A stretch of DNA of 56,300 nucleotides, the filler included, from Catajapyx aquilonaris (Eukaryota): the NCBI GenBank assembly GCA_000934665.2. It is 3 parts of 3 records of this genome, joined end to end, with 100 filler letters (N's around TTAATTAATTAA, not from the genome) between each part and the next. Parts side by side here need not be neighbours in the genome. Positions count along the whole stretch, not along the records: positions 1 to 18,712 come from JYFJ02006635.1; 2 more parts are not named here. One strand, 5' to 3'. A program made the translations under genes and the position numbers. Position 1 is the first letter of the stretch, and each line of letters opens with the position of its first letter. Below are positions 1 to 13,081 of this stretch, piece by piece. The notes beneath the pieces are model-generated. The model searched no databases. It was not told the origin of the DNA and saw nothing but the letters and a program-made list of their open reading frames with translations.

Positions 1-681
1 CCTTGAATGGAGCTAGACCGTGGACCAAGGATAACCCGCCGTGCCGCCGCTGTCCTCACCCACAGGAGACCCTACCTCACGTGCTGAACCACTGCAAGGT
101 GCATACAACATACATTATGAAGCGCCATAATGCAGTGGTGAGCCGCGTGAGGGAGGCAGCCAAGGCCAAGTACACCATATTGGCGGAGAACCAGCAAGTT
201 ATCCCAGGATGCCCTCTCCGGCCCGACTTGGTGGTGGCACAACAACGGGAGACTGCCATCATCCTAGATGTCGCTTGCCCGTTTGAGAGTGGCCCTGACG
301 CTTTTTCTGAAGCTCGTCGCCACAAGGAGGAAAAATACGCTGATCTGGCTGAAGAGCTCACGAAGAGGTATCGGCAGGTGTCGGTACAGGCCATAATCGT
401 GGGATCACTGGGGTCATGGGACCCAGCGAACGACAAGATTATCAGGAGACTGTGCAGCCGATCATATCTGCGGCTGTTCAGGAAGCTGTGTGTGTCAGAG
501 GTGATAAGCTGGAGCAGAAAGGCATACATCGCACATATGACAGGAGAAGAACAACACTAATGATTGTATAAATGTGTGTGTTATTTGTTTATTTTTTTTG
601 ACAGGAGTAGTAATGTATTATAATCTTGGACATGATTGTCTTTTCATTGTTCATATACCAGTTTTGACTATTTAATAAAAA
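1..681 (+). mobile_element. 3' end of a non-LTR retrotransposon with a restriction-like endonuclease (NeSL/Utopia/R2-type); ORF 3..560 plus 3' UTR
   Basis: ORF has the CCHC knuckle CRRC-x8-H-x4-C, then RHN, RPDLVV, ILDV and K..KY (PD-D-K REL nuclease). Stop at 560, AATAAA at 674-679, short A run to 681. The 5' part lies outside the window. Confidence 0.92.
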
Positions 682-1137
682 GACCGTAGCATGGATTTCA
701 ACAATGAATTTCTTCAACATCTTGTTGTTACGCTTTTTTTATTCGCCCTAACTCAAGTTCTGCTGTAGGTAGAGCTTCGAAATTTTGAACACAGATGCCC
801 ACCGTCGTGACGTGCATTCCTACCATTTATCGCTAAACTCAATTCCTCTTCAAAATGCCGCAAAAAATGAAAAATACGTTTCTATTTTTTCGCTCCATAA
901 CTATTCGGAATTCGGTTTCTTCATCAAAGGGCCGGATGCGCAGTAGGATGGTGCGGATCTATGTGCAAAACCTCGCAGTTCCACCTGCTGCAGGATTTAA
1001 GTTATGATTTTTCTTCCGTCAAATACTTCGTTTGTTCGCGATTCCATCGCCTAGCAATGTCAATTCTTATTTACACCTCGCCATATTGTTAGCGCAATGT
1101 TACCCGCTGCTCTGGGGTGAACGGATTGTACTTATTA

Positions 1138-1727
1138 CAGTTGAATCCGGATATAACAGCCTCGGCTATAACTACAGACCTTTGGTTATTAAGGCCGGTC
1201 CCGGCATGCTCCATAAGACCGTGTGTATTTTACTCCTGACAAAACACCTCACATCGGGTAGAGCACACCATTTCTTCAAGGGGGTAATCACTTCGGTACT
1301 CCGGTGTACACCTGCGAGTGGTACTCCCTAGTACTCCTCAGGTACCTCACTCTTTATTACTCCTTGGTACTCCTTGAATTTGGTACTCCAGTGTACACTT
1401 TTTAAGTTTTTAGTCGAGTGATTACCCCCTTGCATATTTCTTGGCCCTCGGTGGGAAAATATAGTTTTCCAGGTACAAAATTTGCACAAAGGAGACGGCA
1501 GAAGAAAATTTCGGATATTTTAGTCCTTCATCATTTTCGGGTGAGCTAATATTACATTTTTGACAGATTGCATTAATCGGTATGTAGTCTTGTAGTAGTG
1601 GATATTGCAGCCATATTGAAAGGAGAAATCTCTGTTTTCATTACGTGACGAATTGGCTATAACAGACCTCGGTTATAACGAACTTTTTCCGCAGTCTCTT
1701 GAAGTATGTTTTATCTGGATTCAAGTG
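1138..1727. mobile_element. Tc1/mariner (pogo/Tigger-like) MITE
   Basis: TA flanks both ends. Imperfect TIR CAGTTGAATCCGGATATAAC / GTTTTATCTGGATTCAAGTG. Confidence 0.7.
1277..1432. mobile_element. CAAGGG-terminated MITE (P-element-like), nested in the previous element
   Basis: TIR CAAGGGGGTAATCAC / GTGATTACCCCCTTG, internal GGTACTCC repeats, degenerate 8-bp flank CATTTCTT. A second family copy is at 10568-13170. Confidence 0.7.
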
Positions 1728-1736
1728 TACAATTAA

Positions 1737-2215
1737 CCCCTTTGCTACCTGCTATATCCCCATCGCCATCGCCAGGTATTACCGGCCAACTCTTAAGCTG
1801 ATTTTTAATTATTAAATTATGCTACAGTATATGCAGAATATCTACCTTGAGAAACGGGCCAGACGAATTTGCTGAAATCGTCGCATTTCGCCAAAATTAA
1901 GTACGGTTGGGAGTTTTCAGATGCGACAGAGGCAATTAAATCAGACTTTGAACCGTTGGCTGGTAGCACTCGAATTTCGTTTTTTTTTATGACTATCTCT
2001 ATGAAAATAATTTTAGGGACTTCTAAGCGACGAAAATCGTCTCCAATACATTCATAGTGCAGACTGTATAGTGTAGAGCACAAACGTGTTAGTATGATAT
2101 GATCCTACATGTATCACTGTAGCTGTTATTATTTGTAAATATATTGTCCTTGTCTTCAGAGTACGTGTATCCGGACAACCTAGGCGATGGCGGTATAGCT
2201 GGTATTGCGAAGGGG
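1737..2215. mobile_element. piggyBac-like MITE
   Basis: TTAA|CCCCTTTGCTACC ... GGTATTGCGAAGGGG|TTTAA. Subterminal sequence resembles the element at 40697-42914. Confidence 0.6.
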
Positions 2216-2240
2216 TTTAAAAAAAGAACTGAAATTAGAT

Positions 2241-2980
2241 CAAAAACTTTCCCTTCAGTAAAAAAAGAGAAGTAAGACCTCGGCGGCAGAATAAAAGTAC
2301 TGAAACAAGGTACCGCACGTAAGACCTTCACCAATTGATTTAAGCTGTACCATAGGTCCTACTCAAGCAATTCTCAAGTCCGGTATGGAACGGCTCGTAA
2401 AATGACTGCTGCAAACTACTCAGAGCAGCAGGTAGGATTTTATTATGAAAAGAAAAAAATGGGGGAAAAACTAAACCCATCCTAACAGACTTGGTCCAAT
2501 CGAAAAAGACCCTCTAAAATTCACCAATTAACGTTTACATGTGAAAAATTAAACGTTAGAGTTAAAATCAGCATCTAAAAGGGGTGCCGATTCTGCATGA
2601 ATGTTTCATGGCAATAATTCGCACCAATCGTATAGAAATTCAATGTGCTTAATATTGAAGTTCCTGATTTCAGAAAACACTAATATGTAGTGGCTCACGG
2701 AAAATTAATGGGTGGAATTTTCGTTGTACGTAATTTAGTAGTACCATTGCACTACACTGGTACTGCTAAGTTAGAAGTAACTAGTAGTATAACGAAAATT
2801 CCACAAATTGTTTTCAGAAAGGAGACTTCATGAGCAGTAAATTGGAAATTGCTTGAGTAAGACCTATGGTACAGCTTAAATCAATTGGTGAAGGTCTTAC
2901 GTGCGCCTGCCTTGTTTCAGTACTTTTATTCCGCCGCGGAGGTCTTACTACCCTTTTTTTCACTGAAGGGAATGTTTTTG
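2241..2980. mobile_element. MITE / foldback element with ~135-bp inverted arms
   Basis: 2241-2377 is the reverse complement of 2841-2980 (e.g. AAGACCTTCACCAATTGATTTAAGCTGTACCATAGGTC). Confidence 0.7.
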
Positions 2981-4633
2981 CTGTTATTAGGAGGCCCGTC
3001 CAACTCCGCTGGCACGAACCCGCAGGCAACACGATGCAACCTAGCATCCGCCCACAACAGTCAGTCCAACAATCATCGTTGACTGACTCGGTACTCACAT
3101 TAACGGAGTACACTCCCCCATCCTGCGACAACCAAGATGAACACAGTAGCCAACAGTGTCCACTACTGTGTTGTGCGAATTAATGCCATGCATTAATTCA
3201 AATGCATTGCGCTAACCAACAATTCAACTAATTGCCTACATCTGGTCGAACTGCACATTCCAGTACAACCAACCACGACCAGATAATCCCACGGAATGCG
3301 TCACATTCAGCAACGTGGGTACGAGAAAAGAAACGTCCGTTTCTTCCTCCAGCAGCCAGATGACCCGATTTTCCGGAATCTGACAGGAAGCCAAATGCAG
3401 TACGCATTTATTCTTCACATCGGCCGCGTCATGCTTGCCACATGATTGAACGGCCACATGCCCAATATCAGCACAGTACTTACTATGCTTCTCAGGACAC
3501 GCTTGCGTCAGGGAATATGACCATCCTCATCAACAATATTTCTGGACGCCACTTCCGGTTAACTTCCGGAAGAATATCCGGTGACAAATGATGCAACATT
3601 TTATCACACAGATATTGAACGGACTGTGTCCAACAATGGTCACAACTGCCCCCTCTGGTATGGCAGCATCAGCCTCCAGAGACCATGGACTCTGTTGCGG
3701 TGCAACCAACAGCACCCGGAACTCTCCACCAGGCTGGGAAAAAGCAGACTTCTGCTGACATTCCCCCCCAAGCCAGATGCGTCACACAGTAAACTACCAA
3801 GTGTTACAACTAGTCTGAAAACCAAAATGCTTCTCGCATTTTTCTTCCTTAATCGCCACCCATAAAGGGTCCTCCCGTTGACCTTCAAGAGCTTAGCTCC
3901 AAAGTCAGGCGAGATCGGAATGTGCCCACTCCTTTCTCCCCCAAAAAGGGTCCTCCTGCAATCGCCAAGAGCCCCTCCCTCCACTGGTGCCACACCGCAC
4001 CCCAGCTGACAAAGGAAGGCTGTGCATTCCTTCAATGCACTGTTGCCATATCTTTGTGTACATGTACCGGTACCGCAAATGTACATACATTTGGTACGGG
4101 TACATCCACACACACTAACTCGCGACGTAATTACGCCACAATCAGCACTGTTGCATCAGCAACATGGCGGCAACAACGGTTGAAGTGCTTCCAGCACAGT
4201 CAACCACGTCGTACAGCGGACTTTCATCAGCATGTGCCAAGGTCCGCTCCGACAATAGGTGGACGATGAGACCACCGCTATGTCGGTGAGACATGTATGG
4301 AAGCGTACCTTCCAGTACCATGTCAGCACCAGCCGGACAAATGTACGGGCACGCCCACCATCTTGTCCTGCATCTGCATGAGCGTTAGCTAACGGCCTGC
4401 AGAGCTTGCAACTGCGCCTCCGGAACCGAAATTTACCGACTCCGGATTTACAGCAGGGTCATTGAGGACGGCTTCGTCCCCCTCAACCCAACGTACGGCG
4501 GCAAGTCAACGCTGACTTGCCCGCCCGTACCGGCCGCGACCCCAACACCCTTGCTCGAATAGCAGCAAGTATGGGTCACAACCTCTTCCCGCAGTCCGCC
4601 ATCACGAAAATACATACAGATATACTGTATGTA

Positions 4634-4904
4634 CCCACGCTATGGGCGCCATTGTCAGGTTCCGCACTCTGCGGTACCGTACCCTGGCTAGATCAAGTAC
4701 TGGGTTCAGTAATGTTACTCCGGACTGGGGATAAATCAGTGTGTATTACGATTCAGAGGTTACAGAGCCCAACCCGCACACTCCTCCTCGGGTGGCAGAC
4801 AGGGAACGACTGGGGAAGGTGGGGCGAACCCCCCTCCTCCTTACAAAGGGCGAAAAGCTTCCCGCAGGGGCAACCATGTGGCAGGGTTGCCACATGGTGT
4901 TACA
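4634..4904 (-). mobile_element. 5' LTR (4653-4904) and primer-binding site of a decayed LTR retrotransposon; internal region probably extends toward ~3000
   Basis: Minus strand reads TGTAAC...CTGACA, a 1-nt spacer, then TGGCGCCCATAGCGTGGG (tRNA-Lys-like PBS). No matching 3' LTR or intact gag/pol seen. Confidence 0.5.
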
Positions 4905-5400
4905 GGGATGACAACGTGAGGAGGGTCGCTGTTGTCAGTGACTCGGCTCATGCTATTCTAGCGAGAATGAAAGTTGAAGAATCTATCATTGGGCAGAATA
5001 TTAGTCGTTTCCTATGTCTCTTCCAGATACCAAAATATGAACTTGAGCAAAGTGAAATTCCTGAGAGGGAATGGGTCTTCACAGCTGCCGGGCATGGTAA
5101 ATGACCCTGCGATGGAGTAGGAGGGCTAGTGAAGCATATTGCGACAGCGTACAACTTGTGGCACAGTGCAACGGAGGCCATAAAAACTTCTGGACAGTTG
5201 ACTGAGGTGCTGCGATCCTCCATTCCTAATGTGACCCTGCTGCACTTGCCAAGCGAAGAAATCACACAATTTCGTGAAACTATAGGGAGAAACTATGGCA
5301 GACAGTGAAACCGTTTCATGGTATGCAGTCCAGCCATTACTGGAACGTGAAACGTGGCCAGGTTACTGTGCAAAGAACAGCGCAACATTTGGTGTGACTT
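4905..5400 (+). pseudogene. Sola2-like DDD transposase relic
   Basis: Translation gives VVSD...EWVFTAAGHGK*PCDGVGGLVKHIA (the HGKGPCDGxGGxVK motif with GGA>TGA at 5102-5104). After a frameshift it continues LWQTVKPFHGMQSSH. Confidence 0.75.
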
Positions 5401-6910
5401 CTGGAAAAATGTAAGTAAGACTTTGCAATACCTCTATGCCAGATTTGACCTCACCCGACCTCACATAGCATTAACCAGTATCAGATATAAGTTTCAAGGT
5501 ATCATACAATCACATGTAGCCTACATGTACGAGAGAAGTTCTAACCAAATGTACCGTACACGATGCTATGAGTCGTGGGACTGGGTCAGTGGGCTCCATG
5601 GAGAGCGCCAGAAACGAGTAAGTAATAAAATTCAAATCAGGATCATAAACCTCGGGGGGAGAGAAATTATTGTCCTGGTGTGTGGCTCAGATGTTCCTCT
5701 GCCCAGAAATAAATCGGTGTTCAATTATCCCGTGGGTTTTTTGAAAAAATTATTTTCTTCCAAACCATGTTTTGCGAAGTTAACAATGTTCAACAATGGC
5801 TCCACTGTTAACCTTTGACTTCAAAGCTTAACAAAGCTGATAAGTAGAGAGGGTATGAGTTGTACTGGAAGGCTATATGTTTCATTTGCCTACAAAGATT
5901 ATTTTTTTGCAGAGAAAAAATATTGCGAAAATTGCTAAAATGTCTTAAAACAGCATTTTTGCCTATTTCTTCCATGGTTGCTAATTTTATTATATTATAT
6001 TCGCAATTATTTTATATTGAAAATTCAGACTTGCGCAGGCAGTTACTCTTGTCCAAATTTGGTTTTTGTGTAACGTATAGGAAAATTGGTACACGCGTCC
6101 AAAGTTGAGAAAAAATTAACTTGGAGAAACAGCAGATTTGGTACCCCTGCGGTTATGATTTTTTTCAGGGCAAATAAAAAATGACACTGAAAAATAGCCA
6201 ATGTCATTCTTCATCATTTCGACAGCGATACTTCGTGTAATTTATCTGTAATAATCAAGCCCTGACAACTTTTCTGGATCTGGCCTGATCTGAAATGGAA
6301 TTGCTCACCTGCACTGTTCCCATATTGACTTTGTATCATACTCGATCATGTCTGTCCATCTCTTGGTAACACTGCAGATGTCTATTTTCATAATGACAAT
6401 TGGTGCAAGTATAACTACTAGCAATTAGATATTAACTATTAGAGTGATGCAAGACACCAGAGATAATCATTATTAAATTTTCATAATTCAATTGATCAAG
6501 TTGCACTGGCACTAAAACTATGAATAAATTCAGGTAGGTAGCTGATGTTTCGAATAAAAAAATGTATGTTCAACCATTTTTGGTTCAGTGACCATTCGCA
6601 GTATGGCTGAAGGTCATGAAGATCATTCAGGTGTGTTTGTGTTGAGGGGGGGGGTATCATGGAACCTGTATTACATTGGTCATCTCTGCTGAGGCTAAAA
6701 ACAAACTCATCAGCTTGTTTCTAACAGTAAGTATCGTCCTGCTATAATGAAAATTTAAGTTCCAGTTTTACGAGCAAATTCCTTATGGAGATTGTGGCAA
6801 GGGGGAAATCAATTTTTTCCAGACACCACTTGCCTCTCAAATTAAAGTTCCTAGAAAAAGTCATCACCTATTTTAATGAGGGAAGCAATGTCTCCTCCAT
6901 GCTCTAATAG

Positions 6911-7124
6911 CAGTGGTTCCTACCCTGTTCCCTTGGTGATCGCTAAGCCTTTTCAAATAAAATAAATAAAATAAATAAATTTTATACGTAGGAAATATCA
7001 CCACGCATGGTTTTTTCAACACCTACTAACACTCGGGAGGGGGGGGGGGGGGTCACAGGTTACTTGACTTAGAGTTGACTATCATAAATGGGGGTCGCGA
7101 CCCGAAAAAGGTTGGGAACCACTG
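6911..7124. mobile_element. hAT (Charlie-like) MITE
   Basis: TIR CAGTGGTTCC / GGAACCACTG with near-identical flanks CTCTAATAG / CTCTAATG. Confidence 0.7.
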
Positions 7125-7369
7125 CTCTAATGTCTATGATTATAAGCGACTATTGGGGAATATTCGGACGAAAACTAAACCTTGTGCTACGAGGGTCGTT
7201 CCGAAAATAAGTTTCCCTTATTGATTATTTCCATAAGTATTGTACATGATGGGAAAATTTTTGCCGTCAGCAGTTAGAGGACATGATTCTGCATGGGTGA
7301 GCCAAAGGACCTGTTCAAGGTTATCCGGAGTAACTTTGCAACCCAAACAACAAAATTAGGCTTATCTTA

Positions 7370-7535
7370 TAGTGTACTATGGGGCTCAAATTGTTTGGGC
7401 CACTTTATCCTAGTCTTGAAGCAACCCTTCGAGCAGGCCCCATGGTGAGCGGGTGTGTGGGTGGGTGTGCGCGCGAAGGGTTGCTTCAAGACCAGGATAA
7501 AGTGGCCAAAACAATTTGAGCCCCATAGTACATTA
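7370..7535. mobile_element. small hairpin MITE
   Basis: About 60-bp near-perfect inverted arms (GTACTATGGGGCTCAAATTGTTT...) around a short GT-rich loop, TA flanks. Confidence 0.7.
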
Positions 7536-7790
7536 TATGCATGTAGTTTTACGCTAAAGGCCGCTGTGTTCGCCACGTACTGTATCTTTGATGTGGTAGG
7601 TGTTGCTACCTAGCAGTCTTAGTCGTTTAAAAAAAATGTTGCCACATGGTGAACTGTTTGATTAGTAGATTGAGATGTAAGAAAATTCATAAATTTTTAC
7701 ACCGTAAAAATGTAAGAAGATTAGCGTGGGTCAAATGCCTCGCGAGTCTCCAACATGCGCAATGCAAACTCACAGTTACATATCCCGCGT

Positions 7791-7824
<34 letters not shown>

Positions 7825-8221
7825 CAGGGATCCCTCGAAGAGAGAGAGAGAGGACGAGAGGGATTGATTCAAGATGGCGTACGTTGGCAGAGCAGGCCAA
7901 ACCCTTACTCCAAACTGGTGTAGGTCAGCTGTTAGAAGCATTCTTCCTTGGCAGCAGCCATTTTGATCCAACTCCCCTACGTTGCCAAGTTTCAGTGATC
8001 TGCTCCACTCTAAAGACACGAATCATTGTGCCATGCGGGCTGCCTGCCTTTCTTTGAGCATGTCCCTTGGTCTCCGCATGCGCAGGAGTAAGTGGAAGAA
8101 AGCGACTTTCGCGCCGAGCGTGCCCACTCCATAAGTGCTTGAGTGTTGAGTCAAAGACGTCGACAAAAGATGAAGTGAGGGGGGTTGTCCGTAGTCCGTG
8201 AGTTCCACGAAGTTCACCTTA

Positions 8222-9724
8222 AGGGGCGTTCAGACGAGGCAAACCGGTTCGCAACCTGGTTGCGTGCAACATCACATGCAATCAGCTCGCAACTTCCAAT
8301 ATGGCGTCTCTTGAAGAGCACGCTGCATATCAGCTGCTATAAGCACCTATTACAAGACATGATAGCACCTACGTGGGTGGGAAAGCTTTCTGAAAACTTC
8401 TTCAATGCAAGGCTTCCCAATATTTTTCGTTGGCGACCCCAGAAAAGTCTCATAAAATTCGCGACCCGTAATTCCAATTCCACACCCCCCCCCCCAATTG
8501 TCAATGGCAATCATCGATAAATTAATACAATATCTCGTTTAATTAGAATTATCTCTCTGGAAAAATATTTTCCAGAGATAATTCTAATGATTTTATTAAA
8601 ATATAGTTTGTGACCTTCCCTCACGATCCCAAATACAGTAAAACTTCTATAAGTGGAACATCCCTTAGTCGAAGTTCACTATAAGTCAAAGAAAATGATG
8701 AGCTTGGTTGGTCACAATGTAAAAGAATAGGAAATAAACTTCCCTAACTCGAAGTTCTCCATAACTCGAAGTGCAGGCAGGCCTTACGATGGGATATCAA
8801 TGCATTTTCAGTCTCCCTAAGTCCAAGTTCATGTTGGCGAGTACGGAAAATTGTCTCATTTCCCAGCCGAAGGGTCGAGAGTAGGCCACATGTGCAGAAA
8901 GGCTCAATTTCCTCATCTCCGTCTACCAGACGTAACCAAAGAAGTGTTTGACTCGATTGTGACAATTGAATCCTTGAATCTAAGAGTAGGCAAATGTCCG
9001 TAACGGAGTTCATCTTTTTACAACAAAAACGACAAGGGACATTGTAAGTGTGAAAGTGACAGTTCTTTTTAAATTTTGAACACCTTTCGTCGCTGGATGT
9101 AAAGGTAGGCTTCCTTATAGTTATGTGCTTTAAAAATCCCAACTTCTCTAACTCGAATCTTCCATAACTCGAAGTTTTTTCCCGGTCCCATGGAGATTCG
9201 ACTTATAGAAGTTTTACTGTATTATGTTCACGACCCACAGCTTGTCTCAATGCTATAATGTATCCGGCACTGGATTACAGCTGACATTTATTTAAAACCT
9301 CAATTAATTCTGGCGAGAATTCTGGCCACCCTTGCCCAACTAATGAAGTCACAACTATCAAATATGCAGCAAGTTCATAATATGTATGCTTCATAATATG
9401 TTCTGTAACTTCCAATTTAGGCTCATCTGTCATCTATCATGTGGTTTTCCAACACCTCTTGCATAATTTCTTCAGTACCGGTATATTTTATATCCCAAGG
9501 AAAGATTTCCCTTACGATATGTCATTTGGTCGTCATCTGCCCACGCAAAGTGCGCCCCAAAAGCACGCCGCCACTCATTTTCCGCCATCTTGCCCTTATG
9601 ACGCTCCCGAGAGCTTTCTGGTTGCAGCAACCTGGGTGCAACCTGGTGGCAGAGCTAGTTGCAGCGGTTTTTGGGTTGCCGCAACTTCCTATGCGCAACC
9701 AAGTTGCATCGTCTGAACGCCCCT
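8222..9724. mobile_element. PIF/Harbinger (Tourist-like) MITE with nested insertions
   Basis: Exact 3-bp TTA TSD. TIR AGGGGCGTTCAGACGA / TCGTCTGAACGCCCCT. GCAACC subterminal repeats. Confidence 0.8.
8636..9219. mobile_element. Tigger/pogo-like MITE, copy 1
   Basis: TA TSD. TIR CAGTAAAACTTCTATAAGT / ACTTATAGAAGTTTTACTG. Homologous copy at 54614-55116. Confidence 0.85.
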
Positions 9725-10633
9725 TTATATAGTCGTCGACATCGACGGCCTTGCTATTCTGGCGCACTGTCACGGGCATTTGCTGCGGGTTACTGTGGAT
9801 ACATTTGTCTGGACGATGACGTGGAACTTCCGAATAACCGCCAGCACTTCATTTTTCGTGCATGACCTTTGACTCCAGCGCTTATGGAGTGGGCACGCTC
9901 GGAGCGAAAGTTGATTTCTTCCGCTTACTCCTGAACATGCGCGGAGTGTACGAGGGAGACTAAATTTGGCTCGCATATGCAGAACAATGTCCTCTCACTG
10001 CTGACGGTAAAAATTTCCCAAAATGTACGTACAATACTCTCGGAAATAATCAGGAAGGGAAACTTATTTTTGGAACGACCCTCGCATGTTAGTGTGTAGT
10101 GTAGCAAGCATTGAGAATGTGGATCACCTCAGCTTCTGCTAATTTACAGTCCATCCACTCTTGAATCTTGGACAAAACTGGATGCAATGTCTCTATTTCT
10201 TTCTTCAGGCAAGATTTGGACAGAATCAACTTTTTTTGCATGTTTTCAACAGCTCTGAAACAAACATAATGGCCTTCATGAAATACACATCTGGAAAAAG
10301 GAAAAACTTAATGACTCTACACCACACTCCTGGAATAATACAGCATTTTACCGCATACTTTACTTGGCATTAACACCCATCTCCCACTTTGACTGGAAAT
10401 CACCAGTTAGAAAGTGCCTTAAAAGGTCACTTCAAGAAGGTTGAAATGAAAGTTACATGTACAAAAAAGTTGGGCCAACTGGAGAAAAGGCCAGAGCACT
10501 AGTATCATCACCAAGTAGGCTTGGAAGATTGGATGAAGTAATGGGGGGCTTGCATTTCTGGCAAAGGCAAGGGGTTAGCTACCTCGGTACTCCGGTGTAC
10601 ACCTGCAGTGGTACTCCCAGGTACTCCTTAGGT

Positions 10634-13081
10634 CAGGGCTATTCAACTAGTTTATGACAAGGTCCAGTATTTACCTTTCCTGGGCATTTGAAGGTCCCCC
10701 CCCCCTCCCCGGGTAAAGATATGTATTTTATGTACAACAGGGTTCATTTTTGATAATGGAAACATGTGAAGTAAGGGTAGAAGGGTATATCAAGACAGGA
10801 CATAAGACATTTTCGCCCTTTATGATGTCCTGTACAGGCGCGTAGGCAGAAATAATTGCGGAGGGGGCATTTCATAAGCACAAGGTGAAGAAGCCGTAAA
10901 GAGCGGGAAGCAAGCCCGCCGCAGGCGATTTGGGGGGGGGGTCAAGGTCACACGAGCTTAGGGGCAATTCCACGTGAACGCGGCCACCTTTTGCACGAAA
11001 AAATTTGCCCGTCGATGAGTGTGAGATATGTTTGAGTCCATCTCAAGTTATGACCTTTCCCATAAGGATTTGGTCCGCCGATGCGTGGTTGCCTATCTGC
11101 AGGCGCTTATTGCACTTGGATCACAGTTAGAGGCGCCCCCTTATTACATTTACATGACAGCGTAAATGCATGATGTAATACATGTTTCATGTGTGAAATT
11201 GTCTCCTCTTTCCGACAGAAATAGTCGCTTTCCGCTAGCTGTGCAAATTCATGTCAAAATGCGACATTTTTGCAAACAAATGACATTTTCAAAAAAGTGC
11301 CAAAATCAAATGTCATCACATTGATATCAAAATACACCTTGAAGTGTCCTCTATCAGTGGTACAAACGGAATTTTGGAATACGAAATGGTTACGGAGCTA
11401 TAGGCACTGACGTGGAGCGCTGCGCTAGTGGCCACGCCCGCTGAATGAAAATGAGCGGCCCACCTAGGTCCGTCTTCATGTCTCAGGTAGTGTACGCTTG
11501 TCCTTTGTGCTTAATTCACTTAATAATATAGTTAATGTAGTTATAGTTTTAATATATCTAGAAATAGTTCCAAATAAATTTGGTCCGCTACTGGGCAATT
11601 CCACGTGAACGTGATCACCTTTTGCACAAAAAAATCTGGCCATCGATAAGTGTCAAAGTGTGAGGAGATATGTTTAGGTCCATGTTAGAACCTTTCGCAT
11701 AAGAACTTGGTCCGCTAATGCGTGGTTGCCTCTCTACAGGCGTACATTGTACTTTGATCACATTTACACGACAATATGTAGTAAATGCTTGATATGATAC
11801 AAGTTTCATTTGTGAAATTGTCTCCTCTTTTCGACAAAAATGCTAACTTCCTGACAGATGTGCAAATTCATGGCAAAAAGCGAGAATTTTGCAAACAAAT
11901 GAAATTTTCGAAACGAGAGCCAAAGTTAAATACCATCAGTCATCACATTGATATCAAAAAATTCATTATAGTGTCCTCTATCAGCCATATACAAACGGAA
12001 TTTTGGCATACGCAAGGGTTACGGAGCTATAATCACTGACGTGGAGGGGTGCAGGAGTGCAATATATTCCATTATAGTGAAAGCAAGGGGCCCGTATGGA
12101 TCCGCACGGAATTCCGTACAGGCCTCAACAGTGAACATTCATTTGGACTGTGACTAGGAACGAATAGAGGAATGAATATATATATATATATAAAGTAGGC
12201 TACATGTTTCTCTATTGTAAATAATCGAGCATATTTTAACACACACTGGACACTTGTGAAAATTGAAACTTTGTTGAACATGACAAGGGAATTTTCATTT
12301 ATTCTTACTATTCTATGGTAATTTTTTTAACTATATTATTAAGTGAATTAAACACAAAGGACAAGCGTACACTACCTGAGACATGAAGACGGACCTAGGT
12401 GGGCCGCTCATTTTCATTCAGCGGCGTGGCCACTAGCGCAGCGCTCCACGTCAGTGCCTATAGCTCCGTAACCATTTCGTATTCCAAAATTCCGTTTGTA
12501 CCACTGATAGAGGACACTTCAAGGTGTATTTTGATATCAATGTGATGACATTTGATTTTGGCACTTTTTTGAAAATGTCATTTGTTTGCAAAAATGTCGC
12601 ATTTTGACATGAATTTGCACAGCTAGCGGAAAGTGACTATTTCTGTCGGAAAGAGGAGACAATTTCACACATGAAACATGTATTACATCATGCATTTACG
12701 CTGTCATGTAAATGTAATAAGGGGGCGCCTCTAACTGTGATCCAAGTGCAATTAGCGCCTGCAGATAGGCAACCACGCATCGGCGGACCAAATCCTTATG
12801 GGAAAAGTCATAACTTGAGATGGACTCAAACATATCTCACACTCATCGACGGGCAAATTTTTTCGTGCAAAAGGTGGCCGCGTTCACGTGGAATTGCCCT
12901 TAGGTGAATGTGGGACATTTGCATGGGTGTGTATTTGATGAAATTGGTAACACTTTTTCCAAAAAAATCATGAATTAGTAATTTCTAATGCTATTTCAAA
13001 CTGTCCTGCATATCGCCGCGGTCCAGACAAAATTGCGTCACGGTCCGGTTCCGAACCGCGATCTGCCAGTTGATAGCCCTG
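10634..13081. mobile_element. hAT non-autonomous element
   Basis: Exact 8-bp TSD CCTTAGGT at 10626-10633 and 13082-13089. TIR CAGGGCTATTCAACT / AGTTGATAGCCCTG. Confidence 0.85.
10962..12899. mobile_element. long-TIR foldback element, Sola2-like termini
   Basis: About 573-bp near-identical inverted arms at 10962-11535 and 12327-12899, GGG...CCC ends, 4-bp TTAG direct flank. An internal diverged third arm lies at 11593-12047. Confidence 0.85.

Larger units (their letters stand above)
7190..10084. mobile_element. mariner-type non-autonomous element expanded by nested insertions
   Basis: TA|CGAGGGTCGTTCC...GGAACGACCCTCG|CA. About 115-bp diverged inverted arms at 7190-7306 and 9964-10084. Confidence 0.75.

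Noticed and set aside
1290..1400. CRISPR-like short repeats (GGTACTCC)
   Set aside because: Repeats are 8 bp, irregularly spaced and inside a eukaryotic MITE; no cas genes.
4517..5104. 195-aa ORF as a real gene
   Set aside because: Chimeric: it runs antisense through the LTR/PBS and then into the stop-disrupted Sola2 relic.
7797..7860. (CT)n followed by (AG)n as a structured RNA
   Set aside because: Simple complementary microsatellites inside a TE nest; no other support.
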